Shown here: positions 33,072 through 45,441 of the stretch, piece after piece | Numbering within the stretch: position 1 is the stretch's first letter | Layout of the letters: each line of letters begins with the position of its first letter | Assembly: GCA_049322915.1 (NCBI GenBank) | Contig: JBMOPW010000007.1 | Coordinates: 212,246 to 276,245, forward strand | Source: Candidatus Zhuqueibacterota bacterium | Lineage (GTDB): Bacteria; Zhuqueibacterota; Zhuqueibacteria; Thermofontimicrobiales; Thermofontimicrobiaceae | Length of the DNA stretch: 64,000 nt | Direction: 5' to 3' | Notes under the pieces: generated by a model | What the model saw: the letters and a program-made list of their open reading frames with translations, nothing else | Database searches by the model: none | What the model was told of the DNA's origin: nothing | Position numbers and translations under genes: made by a program

Positions 33072-35159
33072 ATGTCAAAAAAGGTTCAGCTTGAGCAGAT
33101 ACGCAATATCGGCATAATGGCTCACATTGACGCGGGAAAGACAACATCCACTGAACGGATTCTGTATTACACAGGCAAAGTCCACAGGATCGGAGAAGTG
33201 GATGACGGTACCGCGACAATGGACTGGATGGAGCAGGAGAAAGAGCGCGGAATTACAATCACGGCCGCAGCAATTAGTTGTAGCTGGAAAAAAACTCAAA
33301 TCAATATCATTGATACTCCTGGCCATGTCGATTTTACAGTTGAAGTTGAAAGATCATTACGAGTATTGGATGGCGCAGTTGCCATATTTTGCGCTGTAGG
33401 CGGTGTGGAGCCGCAATCGGAGACTGTCTGGCGACAGGCAGATCGTTACAAAATTCCGAGAATCTCGTTCATTAATAAAATGGATAGAATTGGGGCTGAT
33501 TTTTATAATGCAGTCAATATGATGAAAACTCATCTTGCTGCACGCCCGATTCCAATTCAAATCCCGGCAGGAAGTGGCGACCAGTTTAAGGGCGTCATTG
33601 ATCTCATCAAAATGAAGTTGCTGACATTTGATGCGACCACGCTCGGCGCTCAAATCGAAGTAACTGAAATCCCCGAAGATCACCGCGAAAGTGCAGAAAC
33701 CTATCGGGGGCAATTGATCGAAATCCTGTCAGAATTTGATGATGCAATCATCGAAAAATATATCGATGGTGTCGCCATCGAAGAGAGTGAAATTCACGAT
33801 GCGTTACGCAAGGCAACGCTGAGTGTGAAAGCAACACCTGTTCTTTGTGGTTCGGCTTTTAAAAATAAGGGAATCCAACCCTTATTGGATGCGATCAAAG
33901 ACTATCTGCCCTCGCCTCTGGATGTTCCTCCCATCAAAGGAATTAATCCGAAAACAGGTCGGGAGGAAACGAGGAAAACCTCAGACGAGGAGCACTTCTG
34001 CGCGCTGGCATTCAAAATCGCGGCGGATCAGTTTATCGATAAACTGACCTACATTCGTATCTACTCTGGTGTGATCAAATTGGGGCAGAGTATCTATAAT
34101 GCCAACACTGGCAAGCATGAACGAATCAACCGAATTTTACAAATGTCTTCGAATAAGCGGGAAGATTTAAAAGAAGTCGGTTCAGGAGAAATCGTCGCTG
34201 TTGTTGGATTCAGGATGACCAGAACAGGACATACCTTGTGTGTGGATAAACACCCTATAGTTCTGGAAAGTATGGAATTCCCGGAACCGGTGGTTTCAAT
34301 AGCGATTGAGCCCAAGACAAAAGCTGACCAGGAAAAATTGAATGATTCATTAAATCGACTTTCCGATGAAGATCCGACTTTTATTGTCAAACAGGACGAG
34401 GAGACGGGACAGACAATCATCTCAGGAATGGGGGAGTTGCATCTGGAAATTCTGGTCGATCGGCTGACGCGGGAGTTCCGAGTTCGCGCTAATGTCGGCA
34501 AGCCTCAGGTTGCGTATAAAGAGTCTATCACCAGAGGGGTGCGCGCTGAAGGTCGATTTACGAAGCAGATCGCAGGCAAGAATCAGTATGCAGTGGTGAT
34601 GCTGGAAATTGAGCCAAATGGTGTTGGTAAGGGATTTGAATTTGTGAATCGAGCGACAGAGGATAAGATTCCAAAACTTTATATCGAGCCAATCGCCAGG
34701 GGTGTCAAAGAGGCAATGCTGGGCGGTGTTCTTCTAGGGTATCCGGTGATCGATGTGAAAGCGACGCTTGTCGGTGGGGAATATGTCGAAGAGGAAGCGA
34801 CTGAAGTCGCATTCAAAATTGCAAGTTCCATTGCGTTTCGAAATGCGGCTGAAAAAGCCGGACCCATTCTCCTGGAACCTATCATGAAGGTCGAAATAAC
34901 CGTACCTGAAGAATACCTGGGAGAGGTTGTAAATTTCTTGAATTCGAAACGCGGAAAAATAAAAAACATAGTCGCACGAACGAATCTGCAAGTAGTCAAT
35001 GCGACGGTTCCCCTGAGTCAGATGTTTGGCTACACAACGACGCTGCGGTCGTTAACCCAGGGACGAGCGACACATTCAATGCAATTTCTACATTATGAAC
35101 AGCTTCCTGATGAAATTACAAACCAGATGTTCGCTGGAAGCTATATGACTAGTCACTGA
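33072..35159 (+). CDS. fusA: Elongation factor G (divergent, EF-G2-like)
   Basis: AHIDAGKTT, RGITI, DTPGHVDF, NKMD, GMGELHL; domain IV tip motifs altered. Confidence 0.93.
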   Translation: MSKKVQLEQIRNIGIMAHIDAGKTTSTERILYYTGKVHRIGEVDDGTATMDWMEQEKERGITITAAAISCSWKKTQINIIDTPGHVDFTVEVERSLRVLDGAVAIFCAVGGVEPQSETVWRQADRYKIPRISFINKMDRIGADFYNAVNMMKTHLAARPIPIQIPAGSGDQFKGVIDLIKMKLLTFDATTLGAQIEVTEIPEDHRESAETYRGQLIEILSEFDDAIIEKYIDGVAIEESEIHDALRKATLSVKATPVLCGSAFKNKGIQPLLDAIKDYLPSPLDVPPIKGINPKTGREETRKTSDEEHFCALAFKIAADQFIDKLTYIRIYSGVIKLGQSIYNANTGKHERINRILQMSSNKREDLKEVGSGEIVAVVGFRMTRTGHTLCVDKHPIVLESMEFPEPVVSIAIEPKTKADQEKLNDSLNRLSDEDPTFIVKQDEETGQTIISGMGELHLEILVDRLTREFRVRANVGKPQVAYKESITRGVRAEGRFTKQIAGKNQYAVVMLEIEPNGVGKGFEFVNRATEDKIPKLYIEPIARGVKEAMLGGVLLGYPVIDVKATLVGGEYVEEEATEVAFKIASSIAFRNAAEKAGPILLEPIMKVEITVPEEYLGEVVNFLNSKRGKIKNIVARTNLQVVNATVPLSQMFGYTTTLRSLTQGRATHSMQFLHYEQLPDEITNQMFAGSYMTSH

Positions 35160-35201
35160 AAATAGAATTAAAAAAGGCCCAAATGACGGAGGTACGAAAT
35201 C

Positions 35202-36404
<1,203 letters not shown>

Positions 36405-36463
36405 TACGAACGACTAATTTAATCATACGTTTTGAAAGCAACTGTTAATGCTGGAGTTTTAGA

Positions 36464-36772
36464 ATGGCTGGACAAAAAATTCGCATAAAATTGAAAGCCT
36501 ATGATCATCGATTGATTGATAAGTCCACTGATAAAATCATTAAAACGGCAAAAGCAACCGGCGCAAATATTTCGGGTCCAATACCATTACCAACCCGAAG
36601 AAGTATTTACACGGTATTGCGTTCGCCGCATGTGGATAAAAAATCACGCGAACAGTTTGAGACGCGAATTCATAAGCGATTGATTGACATACTCAATTCG
36701 AATCCGAAAACTGTGGATGCGCTGATGAAATTGGAATTACCGGCTGGGGTTGATGTAGAAATCAAAGTATGA
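36464..36772 (+). CDS. rpsJ: 30S ribosomal protein S10
   Basis: [20 protein letters not shown]. Confidence 0.99.
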   Translation: MAGQKIRIKLKAYDHRLIDKSTDKIIKTAKATGANISGPIPLPTRRSIYTVLRSPHVDKKSREQFETRIHKRLIDILNSNPKTVDALMKLELPAGVDVEIKV

Positions 36773-36885
36773 TCGCTCGACGCTATTATGTTAGAATTTA
36801 GTCGGCCATTTACTAATTCGAGGGAAAACAAACTCGAACGATTTCCCAAAAGTAAGTTCTGAATAAAAAAAATGATGAAGAGAAA

Positions 36886-37518
36886 ATGAACGGTTTAATA
36901 GGCAAGAAATTGGGAATGACCAGGCTGTTTGATGAGACTGGGCATAATACTGTCGTCACAATAATTGAAGCTGGCCCATGCTATGTGACTGAAATCAGAA
37001 CCAAAGATAAACATGGGTATAATGCGATTCAGTTGGGATTTGAAGAGAAACGCGAGAAAGTCGTTGCAAAGCCCCAGTTGGGTCATTTTAAAAAAGCGGG
37101 TGTAAATGCCATGCGCGTCATCAGAGAGTTTCGCGGATCGGCATCCGATGTATCGCTGAAGTTAGGCTCCGAGGTGAAGGTTGATATTTTTGCTCAGGGC
37201 GAGTCGGTTCGAATCACCGGTGTTTCGAAAGGAAAAGGATTCGCCGGCGTTATTCGACGCCACAATTTTAGCGGTGGACCGCGAACTCACGGACAGAGCG
37301 ATAGGCATCGCGCGCCAGGTTCGATTGGCTCTTCTTCCTATCCATCTCGAGTCTATAAAGGAACGCGAATGGCCGGTCGATTGGGAGGGAATCACGTGAC
37401 CATGAAAAGCGTGAAAGTCGTAAAAGTCGACAGCGAGAGAAATTTGTTATTGGTACGAGGATCCGTTCCCGGTTCTGTGAAGAGCATTGTTTTTATAAAA
37501 AAACAGGCACAGTCGTAG
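36886..37518 (+). CDS. rplC: 50S ribosomal protein L3
   Basis: GKKLGMT, SKGKGFAG, RAPGSIG. Confidence 0.98.
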   Translation: MNGLIGKKLGMTRLFDETGHNTVVTIIEAGPCYVTEIRTKDKHGYNAIQLGFEEKREKVVAKPQLGHFKKAGVNAMRVIREFRGSASDVSLKLGSEVKVDIFAQGESVRITGVSKGKGFAGVIRRHNFSGGPRTHGQSDRHRAPGSIGSSSYPSRVYKGTRMAGRLGGNHVTMKSVKVVKVDSERNLLLVRGSVPGSVKSIVFIKKQAQS

Positions 37519-37547
37519 AAACTTTTTAGCATAAATGGAATTAGACA

Positions 37548-38177
37548 ATGGAACTAGAAGTATTTAAAATTGATGGCGTTTCTTCAGGAAAATCCGTCGA
37601 GCTTCCCAAAGAAGTTTTCGATATTGAGCCGAACGATCACTTAATCTATCAAGATGTTCGTTGTTATATGACGAATAAACGGCAAGGCAATGTGGCGACT
37701 AAAAACCGCGCATTGGTCAGTGGTGGTGGAAAGAAACCCTGGCGGCAAAAAGGGAGAGGCACGGCGCGTTCTGGAAGTAGTCGTTCCCCCATTTGGGTCG
37801 GTGGTGGACGCGTTTTTGGCCCTGAACCCCGCTATTTCAATATGACGATAACCAAGAAAATGAGACGCCTTGCAAAAAGCTCTGCTTATACGTACAAGGC
37901 TCGGCAGGAAGAAGTGGTGCTGGTTGAGGACTTCAGCATTGAAAGCGCCAAAACAAAAGAGATGTTTCAGATTTTGAAAAATCTAAAAATCAATGAGAAA
38001 AAAGTACTTCTGCTCACCACGGTTCATGACTCAACGACGCTGCGAGCTGGTAATAACATTCCGAACCTGATCATTCGTCAGGCGACAGATGCATCGACAT
38101 ATGATATTCTAAACTGTAATGTGCTCTTGATTCAACAAAACGCACTTGAAAAAATTTCAGAGGTTTGTGTTCTATGA
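37548..38177 (+). CDS. rplD: 50S ribosomal protein L4
   Basis: KPWRQKGRGTAR, GGGRVFGP. Confidence 0.98.
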   Translation: MELEVFKIDGVSSGKSVELPKEVFDIEPNDHLIYQDVRCYMTNKRQGNVATKNRALVSGGGKKPWRQKGRGTARSGSSRSPIWVGGGRVFGPEPRYFNMTITKKMRRLAKSSAYTYKARQEEVVLVEDFSIESAKTKEMFQILKNLKINEKKVLLLTTVHDSTTLRAGNNIPNLIIRQATDASTYDILNCNVLLIQQNALEKISEVCVL

Positions 38178-38476
38178 TTAAAGGACAGAATATATTGCTT
38201 CGTCCCATCCTGACAGAGAAGATACTGAAGCTTCAGGAAAAAGTTGGGAAGTATGCCTTCAAAGTTCATAAAGATGCTAATAAAATCGAAGTAAAAAAGG
38301 CAGTGCAGGATCGCTTTGACGTGACAGTGGAAAATGTTCGCATCCTGAATGTGAAAGGAAAGTCGAAGCAACGAAATACTCGACGTGGCATTACCCGCGG
38401 TAAACGCGCTGACTGGAAAAAAGCGATCGTCACGTTGCGCGAAGGCGATACAATTAATTACTTTGAAGGTGCTTAA
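38174..38476 (+). CDS. rplW: 50S ribosomal protein L23
   Basis: PILTEK, ANKIEVK, WKKAIVTL; ATGA overlap with rplD. Confidence 0.97.
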   Translation: MIKGQNILLRPILTEKILKLQEKVGKYAFKVHKDANKIEVKKAVQDRFDVTVENVRILNVKGKSKQRNTRRGITRGKRADWKKAIVTLREGDTINYFEGA

Positions 38477-38511
38477 TCAGATTTTAGTGTTTATGGTTGT
38501 GGAGAATTGAA

Positions 38512-39342
38512 ATGCCAGTAAAATCATTTAAACCAACGACTCCTTCGTTGCGGTTCAAGACGATCTCTACTTTTGAAGAAGTGACCAAAAGCAAACCGGA
38601 GAGGTCGCTGATTGTGTCGCATAAGAAGACCGGAGGACGAAATAATTTAGGTCGGGTGACCTGTCGCCATCGTGGCGGCGGACATAAACGCGCTTACCGA
38701 ATTATCGATTTCAAGAGAAACAAGTACGATATCCCGGCGCGCGTCGCTGCCATTGAATATGATCCGAATCGCTCATCGCGAATTGCATTGCTGAATTATG
38801 CCGATGGTGAGAAGCGTTACATCCTGGCCCCGGTCGGATTGAAAGTTGATGACTCGATTATTTCGAGTGAACGAACAGAAATAAAAGTTGGCAATCACTT
38901 GCCGCTCAAAAACATTCCGCTGGGCTCGACCATTCATAATATCGAGATGAAGATAGGTAAGGGAGGCCAGTTAGCGCGCAGCGCCGGGTCCTACGCTCAG
39001 TTAGTTGCCAAAGAAGGTAGGTACGCGCAGATCAAACTGCCGTCTGGTGAAGTACGAATGATATTGCTGAACTGCCGGGCGACGCTGGGACAGGTGGGCA
39101 ACACCGAATATGAAAACATCAATATCGGCAAAGCAGGAAAAAGCCGATGGTTGGGCAGACGACCGAAAGTTCGCGGTGTGGCGATGAATCCTATCGACCA
39201 TCCCATGGGCGGTGGTGAAGGAAAATCCTCTGGTGGTCGGCATCCGTGTTCGCCATGGGGGCAATTGTCCAAAGGAAAAAAGACGCGCGGGAAGAAGAAG
39301 AGTTCTGATTCTTTAATAATTAAAAAACGAAAGACAAAATAG
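38512..39342 (+). CDS. rplB: 50S ribosomal protein L2
   Basis: [24 protein letters not shown]. Confidence 0.99.
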   Translation: MPVKSFKPTTPSLRFKTISTFEEVTKSKPERSLIVSHKKTGGRNNLGRVTCRHRGGGHKRAYRIIDFKRNKYDIPARVAAIEYDPNRSSRIALLNYADGEKRYILAPVGLKVDDSIISSERTEIKVGNHLPLKNIPLGSTIHNIEMKIGKGGQLARSAGSYAQLVAKEGRYAQIKLPSGEVRMILLNCRATLGQVGNTEYENINIGKAGKSRWLGRRPKVRGVAMNPIDHPMGGGEGKSSGGRHPCSPWGQLSKGKKTRGKKKSSDSLIIKKRKTK

Positions 39343-39353
39343 GTTAAGAAATT

Positions 39354-39638
39354 ATGGCAAGATCAGTTAAAAAGGGCCCGTATATTGATGAAAAACTATT
39401 CACAAAAATTACGGCGCTGAATGACACGAATCAGAAAAAAGTCATCAAAACCTGGGCAAGACGATCGACAATAACGCCGGACTTTGTTGGTCATACACTG
39501 GCAATTCATAATGGTAATAAATTTATCCCGGTTTTCATTTCCGAAAACATGGTAGGGCATAAATTGGGAGAGTTTGCATTAACCAGGACTTTTCGTGGTC
39601 ATGCTGGCAAAGGTGACAAGAAGACCAAAGTGAAGTAA
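39354..39638 (+). CDS. rpsS: 30S ribosomal protein S19
   Basis: [16 protein letters not shown]. Confidence 0.99.
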   Translation: MARSVKKGPYIDEKLFTKITALNDTNQKKVIKTWARRSTITPDFVGHTLAIHNGNKFIPVFISENMVGHKLGEFALTRTFRGHAGKGDKKTKVK

Positions 39639-39688
39639 AAACGAGAAATCTGGAAATAAGAAATCATTGCCCTTAATGGAGAATTGTG

Positions 39689-40042
39689 ATGGAATCGAAA
39701 GCGGTAGCAAAATATATTCACATGTCCCCTCAGAAAATACGGCGGGTAGCCGATTTGATTCGCGGGAAAAACGTCGTTCAAGCGTTGGACATCCTGCATT
39801 TCACCCGAAAATCAGCCTGTCTCCCACTGGAAAAGACGTTGCGTTCAGCCATTTCCAATATATTGAATCTGGAGGGGAGTTCAAAAGTTGATCCTGATGG
39901 ATTGTTTGTGAAAGAAGTACGGATTGATGGCGGCGTCACATTGCGCAGGTTTCGTGCTGCTTCGATGGGGCGTGCGGTGAGAATTCGTAAACGTACCAGT
40001 CATGTCACCATTAAAGTTGCAGAGTTGGTGGACAAAGCTTAG
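39689..40042 (+). CDS. rplV: 50S ribosomal protein L22
   Basis: SPQKIRRVADLIRG, KRTSHVTI. Confidence 0.97.
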   Translation: MESKAVAKYIHMSPQKIRRVADLIRGKNVVQALDILHFTRKSACLPLEKTLRSAISNILNLEGSSKVDPDGLFVKEVRIDGGVTLRRFRAASMGRAVRIRKRTSHVTIKVAELVDKA

Positions 40043-40057
40043 AATGAGGAGGAGCAT

Positions 40058-40693
40058 TTGGGACAGAAAGTAAATCCCGTTGGTCTTAGATTAGGCATCA
40101 ATCGAACCTGGGATTCAAACTGGTTTGATGAGAGAAATTTCGCTGAGAAATTGAGTGAAGATCTTAAGATCAGAAAGTATGTGCGAGCGCGCCTGGAGCA
40201 TGCAGGAATTTCGACAATTGGTATCGAACGAACAGCGAAAAAAATCACTCTGACCATTTATACAGCCAGACCAGGCATCGTCATCGGACGAAAAGGGGCC
40301 GAAGTTGATAAGCTGAAAGTTGAATTGCAGCGTATCACAAATAAGGATGTTCAGTTGAATATCGAAGAGATCAAGCGCCCTGAGTTGGATGCCTATTTAG
40401 TTGCCCGCAATGTTGCCAACCAATTGGAGTCAAAAATAAGTTTCAGACGGGCGATGAAGAAAGCCATTATGTCGTCCATGAGAATGGGAGCGGAAGGCGT
40501 GAAAATTTGTTGTGCCGGTCGACTTGGCGGTGCTGAAATGGCCAGAACGGAACAGTACAAAGAAGGACGTATCCCGCTTCATACTTTGCGAGCGAATATC
40601 GATTACGCCAACACAGTAGCAAAAACATCCTATGGTATCATTGGTGTAAAGGTGTGGATTTGTAAAGGCGAAAAATTCGATACGTCGAATTAA
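40058..40693 (+). CDS. rpsC: 30S ribosomal protein S3
   Basis: [31 protein letters not shown] start. Confidence 0.99.
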   Translation: MGQKVNPVGLRLGINRTWDSNWFDERNFAEKLSEDLKIRKYVRARLEHAGISTIGIERTAKKITLTIYTARPGIVIGRKGAEVDKLKVELQRITNKDVQLNIEEIKRPELDAYLVARNVANQLESKISFRRAMKKAIMSSMRMGAEGVKICCAGRLGGAEMARTEQYKEGRIPLHTLRANIDYANTVAKTSYGIIGVKVWICKGEKFDTSN

Positions 40694-40719
40694 CGGTTTT
40701 TTGCTGGAGAAGAATGACT

Positions 40720-41139
40720 ATGTTAATGCCGAAGAGAACAAAATATCGTAAACAACAACGCGGTCGGATGCGGGGGAAAGCCTTCCGTGGCTCGAAAGTA
40801 TTGTTCGGTGAATACGGTTTAAAAGCATTGGAACCGGCCTGGATCACCAGCCGACAGATAGAGGCCGCCAGAATTGCCATGACGCGCTATATCAAGCGCG
40901 GCGGGCGCGTATGGATTCGCATTTTCCCGGACAAACCTGTAACAGCTAAACCCGCTGAAACTCGAATGGGAAAAGGAAAAGGCGCACCGGAATTTTGGGT
41001 CGCAGTAGTAAAACCGGGTCGAATAATGTTTGAAATTGAAGGTGTCACACTTGATCAGGCGCAGGAAGCAATTCGTTTGGCTTCGCACAAGCTGCCAATA
41101 AAGACTAAATTTGTATCGAGATCTGATTTTGGAGTATAA
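40720..41139 (+). CDS. rplP: 50S ribosomal protein L16
   Basis: [18 protein letters not shown]. Confidence 0.98.
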   Translation: MLMPKRTKYRKQQRGRMRGKAFRGSKVLFGEYGLKALEPAWITSRQIEAARIAMTRYIKRGGRVWIRIFPDKPVTAKPAETRMGKGKGAPEFWVAVVKPGRIMFEIEGVTLDQAQEAIRLASHKLPIKTKFVSRSDFGV

Positions 41140-41142
41140 ATC

Positions 41143-41352
41143 ATGAAAGTCGATGAGATCGTTCAGCTATCGGAGGCGGAAATAAAACAGCGCCTTGAAG
41201 ATACACAGGAAGAGTTGGAAAATTTGAAATTTCAGCATGCAACCCATCGGTTAGATAACCCACTTCGCCTTCGCATGTTGCGCAAAGATATCGCCCGGCT
41301 GAAGACAGTGCTGCATGAATTTCAATTGGGAATTAGAAAGTCTCGAAGTTAA
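41143..41352 (+). CDS. rpmC: 50S ribosomal protein L29
   Basis: LKFQ...LDNP...RKDIARLKT; synteny. Confidence 0.95.
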   Translation: MKVDEIVQLSEAEIKQRLEDTQEELENLKFQHATHRLDNPLRLRMLRKDIARLKTVLHEFQLGIRKSRS

Positions 41353-41378
41353 ACATTTTTTATTCGGAGATAAAATCT

Positions 41379-41636
41379 ATGACTACGCGAGGAAATCGCA
41401 AGGTTAAAATCGGTCATGTTTTAAGTGACAAAATGAGCAAGAGTCGTGTCGTTATCGTTGAACGCTTAGTTCGACATGCTCTGTACGGGAAATTCATAAA
41501 AAAGACGAGCAAATTCATGGCTCATGACGAGACCAATGATAGCCATGTGGGCGACACTGTGATGATCATGGAAACCCGTCCCCTGAGCCGTAGGAAACGA
41601 TGGCGATTGGTTGAAATAATCGAAAGAGCTAAATAA
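41379..41636 (+). CDS. rpsQ: 30S ribosomal protein S17
   Basis: SDKMSKS, AHDE, ETRPLS. Confidence 0.97.
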   Translation: MTTRGNRKVKIGHVLSDKMSKSRVVIVERLVRHALYGKFIKKTSKFMAHDETNDSHVGDTVMIMETRPLSRRKRWRLVEIIERAK

Positions 41637-41688
41637 TAATCACACGATCAGTACGGATGATAGAATTTTAAGGAGCATTAGTTTAGCG

Positions 41689-42057
41689 ATGATTCAGGAA
41701 TATACAAGATTGAATGTGGCTGACAATACCGGTGCTAAGAAAGTGATGTGCATACGAGTTATGGGCAGCTCGAAACGACGGTATGCACGCGTTGGCGATA
41801 TTATCGTAGTCAGTGTGAAATCGGCCATCCCCGGCGGCTCTGTGAAAAAAGGCGATGTCAGCAAGGCAGTTGTCGTGCGTACGAAAAAAGAAATCGGACG
41901 TAATGACGGCACCTATATTCGTTTCGATGAAAATGCTGCAGTGCTGATCAATGAACAAAAGGAACCAAAAGGGACGCGCATTTTCGGGCCGGTGGCCAGG
42001 GAATTGCGCGAGCAACAATTCATGAAAATCGTATCATTGGCACCAGAAGTGTTATAA
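41689..42057 (+). CDS. rplN: 50S ribosomal protein L14
   Basis: [23 protein letters not shown]. Confidence 0.99.
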   Translation: MIQEYTRLNVADNTGAKKVMCIRVMGSSKRRYARVGDIIVVSVKSAIPGGSVKKGDVSKAVVVRTKKEIGRNDGTYIRFDENAAVLINEQKEPKGTRIFGPVARELREQQFMKIVSLAPEVL

Positions 42058-42075
42058 AAATTTGGTGGAGTAATC

Positions 42076-42411
42076 ATGCATATTAAGAAAGACGACATTA
42101 TCCAGGTTATATCCGGCGATGATAAGGGAAAACAGGGGCGAGTCCTCAAAGTTTACCCGGAGAAGGGGCAAATCATTGTTGAAGGTGTGAACTTTGTCAA
42201 ACATCACACCCGGCCGAATCAGAAAATGCCTCAGGGAGGGATCATCGAGAGAGAGGCGCCCATAAATGCGTCCAAAGCGATGGTGTTATGCCCCAAATGC
42301 AATAGTTTAACCAAGACCGGAATGAAAGCAGTCAAAGACGAATCCAAACAGAGTACAAAGAGATTTCGTTACTGCAAGAAATGCGGTGAAATGCTGGTTC
42401 CCAAATCGTAG
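42076..42411 (+). CDS. rplX: 50S ribosomal protein L24
   Basis: KOW motif [20 protein letters not shown]...CKKC. Confidence 0.97.
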   Translation: MHIKKDDIIQVISGDDKGKQGRVLKVYPEKGQIIVEGVNFVKHHTRPNQKMPQGGIIEREAPINASKAMVLCPKCNSLTKTGMKAVKDESKQSTKRFRYCKKCGEMLVPKS

Positions 42412-42446
42412 CAATCATAATTTAATTTAGTCAGATAGGCATAAAA

Positions 42447-43016
42447 ATGGAATACTTTCCTAATTTATTGAAATCGTATCGCGAAGAAATTATTCCCCAC
42501 CTCACAAAAAAATTTAGTTATAAAAATGTCATGCAGGTTCCTCGCCTGGAAAAAATAGTCATTAATATGGGGATAGGCGAAGCCATTGAAAACAGCAAGA
42601 TGTTGGAGACGGCTGTGGAAGAGCTGACGGTAATTTCAGGACAGCGTCCCTCCATCACCAAAGCTAAAAAAGCGATCTCAAATTTTAAACTGCGAGCCGG
42701 CATGCCGATCGGCTGTTTTGTGACACTTCGCGGATGGCGCATGTATGAATTTTTAGAACGACTGATAACTATTGCCATCCCACGAGTTCGCGATTTTCGC
42801 GGTCTTTCTGATCGTTCGATGGATGGCCGGGGAAATTATAATCTGGGATTGAAGGAACAGATTGTGTTTCCAGAAATCGACTATGATAAAATTGAAAAAA
42901 TAAGAGGGATGAATATTACTATTGTGACCACAGCCAAGTCCGATGAAGAGGGGAAAGAACTGTTGGCGCAATTTGGAATGCCTTTTGTTAAACGAAGTGA
43001 TGAACAAATTCAATAA
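42447..43016 (+). CDS. rplE: 50S ribosomal protein L5
   Basis: [27 protein letters not shown]. Confidence 0.99.
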   Translation: MEYFPNLLKSYREEIIPHLTKKFSYKNVMQVPRLEKIVINMGIGEAIENSKMLETAVEELTVISGQRPSITKAKKAISNFKLRAGMPIGCFVTLRGWRMYEFLERLITIAIPRVRDFRGLSDRSMDGRGNYNLGLKEQIVFPEIDYDKIEKIRGMNITIVTTAKSDEEGKELLAQFGMPFVKRSDEQIQ

Positions 43017-43036
43017 TTATTGAAGGAGATGTCAGC

Positions 43037-43222
43037 TTGGCAAAGAAAGCGCTCATAGCAAAGGCCAAAAGCAAGAAAAAGTACCAGGTAAGAGATTACA
43101 ACCGGTGCTCCCGATGCGGACGTCCTCGTGGGTACTATCGAAAATTTGGATTGTGCCGTATTTGTTTTAGAGAATTAGCACTTGAAGGGCAAATTCCTGG
43201 TGTTGTAAAATCGAGTTGGTAA
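43037..43222 (+). CDS. rpsN: 30S ribosomal protein S14, type Z
   Basis: [20 protein letters not shown] start. Confidence 0.97.
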   Translation: MAKKALIAKAKSKKKYQVRDYNRCSRCGRPRGYYRKFGLCRICFRELALEGQIPGVVKSSW

Positions 43223-43254
43223 TTTGAATCATAAAATTAATGGAGAATGAATCA

Positions 43255-43653
43255 ATGTCAATGACTGATCCAGTTGCCGATTATTTAACCAGGATTCGTA
43301 ATGCGATTTCGGCAAAACACGCGAAAGTCGATATCCCTTTTTCACGCCTGAAAGAGGAGATAACCAGGCTTTTATTGGATTATCGATATATAAAAAGTTA
43401 TATCAAAATTGACGATGGCAAACAAGGTCTTATTCGGATTTATCTGAAATACGATGAGAATGAAAAGAGCGTCATCAGTGAATTGAGAAAAGTGAGCAAG
43501 CCAGGACTGCGGCAATATGTGAAAGCCAGTGAGGTACCCCGCGTTTTGAATAATCTTGGTATTGCTGTCCTTTCCACATCAAAAGGTGTTGTGACAGATA
43601 GAGAAGCCCGCCAACATAATGTGGGCGGTGAAGTTTTGTGCTATATCTGGTAA
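43255..43653 (+). CDS. rpsH: 30S ribosomal protein S8
   Basis: DPVADYLTRIRN, SKPGLR, GGEVLCYIW. Confidence 0.98.
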   Translation: MSMTDPVADYLTRIRNAISAKHAKVDIPFSRLKEEITRLLLDYRYIKSYIKIDDGKQGLIRIYLKYDENEKSVISELRKVSKPGLRQYVKASEVPRVLNNLGIAVLSTSKGVVTDREARQHNVGGEVLCYIW

Positions 43654-43677
43654 CAAACAAGTATAAGGAGTATAAAA

Positions 43678-44220
43678 TTGTCACGAGTTGGGAAAAAACC
43701 GATTAACATCCCGCAGGGTGTTGATATTAAAATCGAACATAACGTGATTCAAGTTTCCAAAGGTCAATTTGTGTTGGAACAAGAATTCGACACAGCGATT
43801 ACGGTTGAATACAACGCGGAAAGCAAGAGCGTCCAGGTAAGCCGACCCACAAACAATAAAAACCATCGCGCCCTTCATGGATTATATCGTTCCTTGATTC
43901 AGAATATGGTGGATGGGGTTACAAAGGGGTTTGAGAAAAAATTGCAAATCGTTGGCGTTGGATATCGCGCAGAACTCAAGGGAAAAAATTTGCAATTAGC
44001 GTTGGGATATTCCCATCCAATCTTGTTCAAACCGCCCAGTGGGATTGAGATTAAGTTGGAAAATCCCACAACCATCGTAATTAAAGGAATTGACAAGCAG
44101 CTCGTCGGCCAGGTTTCCGCTAAAATTCGTTCGTTCCGACCTCCTGAACCCTACAAGGGCAAGGGAATCAAATACGACAGCGAACATATCCGACGTAAGG
44201 CTGGAAAGACCGCTGGTTAA
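43678..44220 (+). CDS. rplF: 50S ribosomal protein L6
   Basis: SRVGKKPI, GVGYRA, PEPYKGKG; TTG start. Confidence 0.98.
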   Translation: MSRVGKKPINIPQGVDIKIEHNVIQVSKGQFVLEQEFDTAITVEYNAESKSVQVSRPTNNKNHRALHGLYRSLIQNMVDGVTKGFEKKLQIVGVGYRAELKGKNLQLALGYSHPILFKPPSGIEIKLENPTTIVIKGIDKQLVGQVSAKIRSFRPPEPYKGKGIKYDSEHIRRKAGKTAG

Positions 44221-44259
44221 AAGTTTGAATGAATTTAATTATAAAGGGACGTGTGCTTT

Positions 44260-44634
44260 ATGAGCAGCAAAGGAATAAAAAAACTGGTAGTTCGAATCCG
44301 AAAGAAAAAGAGCATTCGGAAAAAAATTCATGGCACTCCGCAACGCCCTCGTCTGGTTGTGTTTAAAAGTTTGAACCACATTTATGCGCAGTTAGTTGAC
44401 GATTCGAACCAGAAGACGATAACTGGCGTATCGAGCCTGACCAAAGAGCTCAAAGAGAAAGTTGAGAAAGCCAAGACGAATATTGAAGTTGCAGGGCTGG
44501 TCGGTGAAGGTATCGCTAAGAAAGCTCTGGAGATGAAATTTGAGAATGTCGTCTTCGATCGTAATGGTTATTTGTACCACGGTCGTGTCAAAGCCGTTGC
44601 AGAAGGCGCGCGTAAAGGCGGACTGAAATTTTAA
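44260..44634 (+). CDS. rplR: 50S ribosomal protein L18
   Basis: RPRLVVFKS..HIYAQ, VFDRNGYLYHGRV. Confidence 0.98.
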   Translation: MSSKGIKKLVVRIRKKKSIRKKIHGTPQRPRLVVFKSLNHIYAQLVDDSNQKTITGVSSLTKELKEKVEKAKTNIEVAGLVGEGIAKKALEMKFENVVFDRNGYLYHGRVKAVAEGARKGGLKF

Positions 44635-44655
44635 CGATAAAGTTGGAGAAAACCT

Positions 44656-45177
44656 GTGAAGAAGGTCGATCGTATAAGCCCCAATGAACTTGATTTGAAA
44701 GAACGAGTTGTTCAGATAAATCGCGTTGCGAAGGTCGTAAAAGGTGGCCGGCGATTTAGTTTCAATGCAATAGTCGTAGTGGGTGATGGAAATGGACATG
44801 TGGGTATTGGCCTCGGAAAAGCGAATGAAGTGACCGATGCGATCACCAAAGGGGCTGATAGTGCTAAGAAAAATTTGGTTCGAATTCCAGTCATTAAAGG
44901 GACTATTCCGCATGAAATCACTGCGAAATTTGGCGGTGCGCGAGTATTTTTGAAACCAGCTTCACCAGGAACAGGCGTCATCGCTGGTGGTGGCGTGCGT
45001 GCGGTGCTTGAGTCGGCCGGGATTCAAAATATTCTCACGAAATCGATTGGATCCTCCAATCCGCACAATGTTGTAAAAGCCACGATAGTTGCGCTGGAGA
45101 GCCTGTTAGATGTCTCCTACGTGGCCAGAAAGAAAGGCGTTTCCTATCAGGAAGTTTTTACAAAACCAATTTCCTGA
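44656..45177 (+). CDS. rpsE: 30S ribosomal protein S5
   Basis: [25 protein letters not shown] start. Confidence 0.99.
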   Translation: MKKVDRISPNELDLKERVVQINRVAKVVKGGRRFSFNAIVVVGDGNGHVGIGLGKANEVTDAITKGADSAKKNLVRIPVIKGTIPHEITAKFGGARVFLKPASPGTGVIAGGGVRAVLESAGIQNILTKSIGSSNPHNVVKATIVALESLLDVSYVARKKGVSYQEVFTKPIS

Positions 45178-45227
45178 AAATGGCTTTTGTCAGAAAATTC
45201 AAAGAGATAAATTGATAGAGAAGAATA

Positions 45228-45425
45228 ATGACCAAAGAAAAAACTAAAACATTGAAGATTACGCTGAAACGAAGTGTGATCGGCTATAATATCAAGCAGA
45301 AGCAGACCGTTCGGGCTTTGGGATTGCGTAGAATTCACCACACGGTTGAGAAAACAGATTCGCCGCAAATTCGTGGAATGATCAATAAAGTGATTCATTT
45401 AGTTGATGTAGAAGAATTGGCCTAA
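45228..45425 (+). CDS. rpmD: 50S ribosomal protein L30
   Basis: [21 protein letters not shown]. Confidence 0.96.
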   Translation: MTKEKTKTLKITLKRSVIGYNIKQKQTVRALGLRRIHHTVEKTDSPQIRGMINKVIHLVDVEELA

Positions 45426-45441
45426 CCAGATAGAGGAATAT

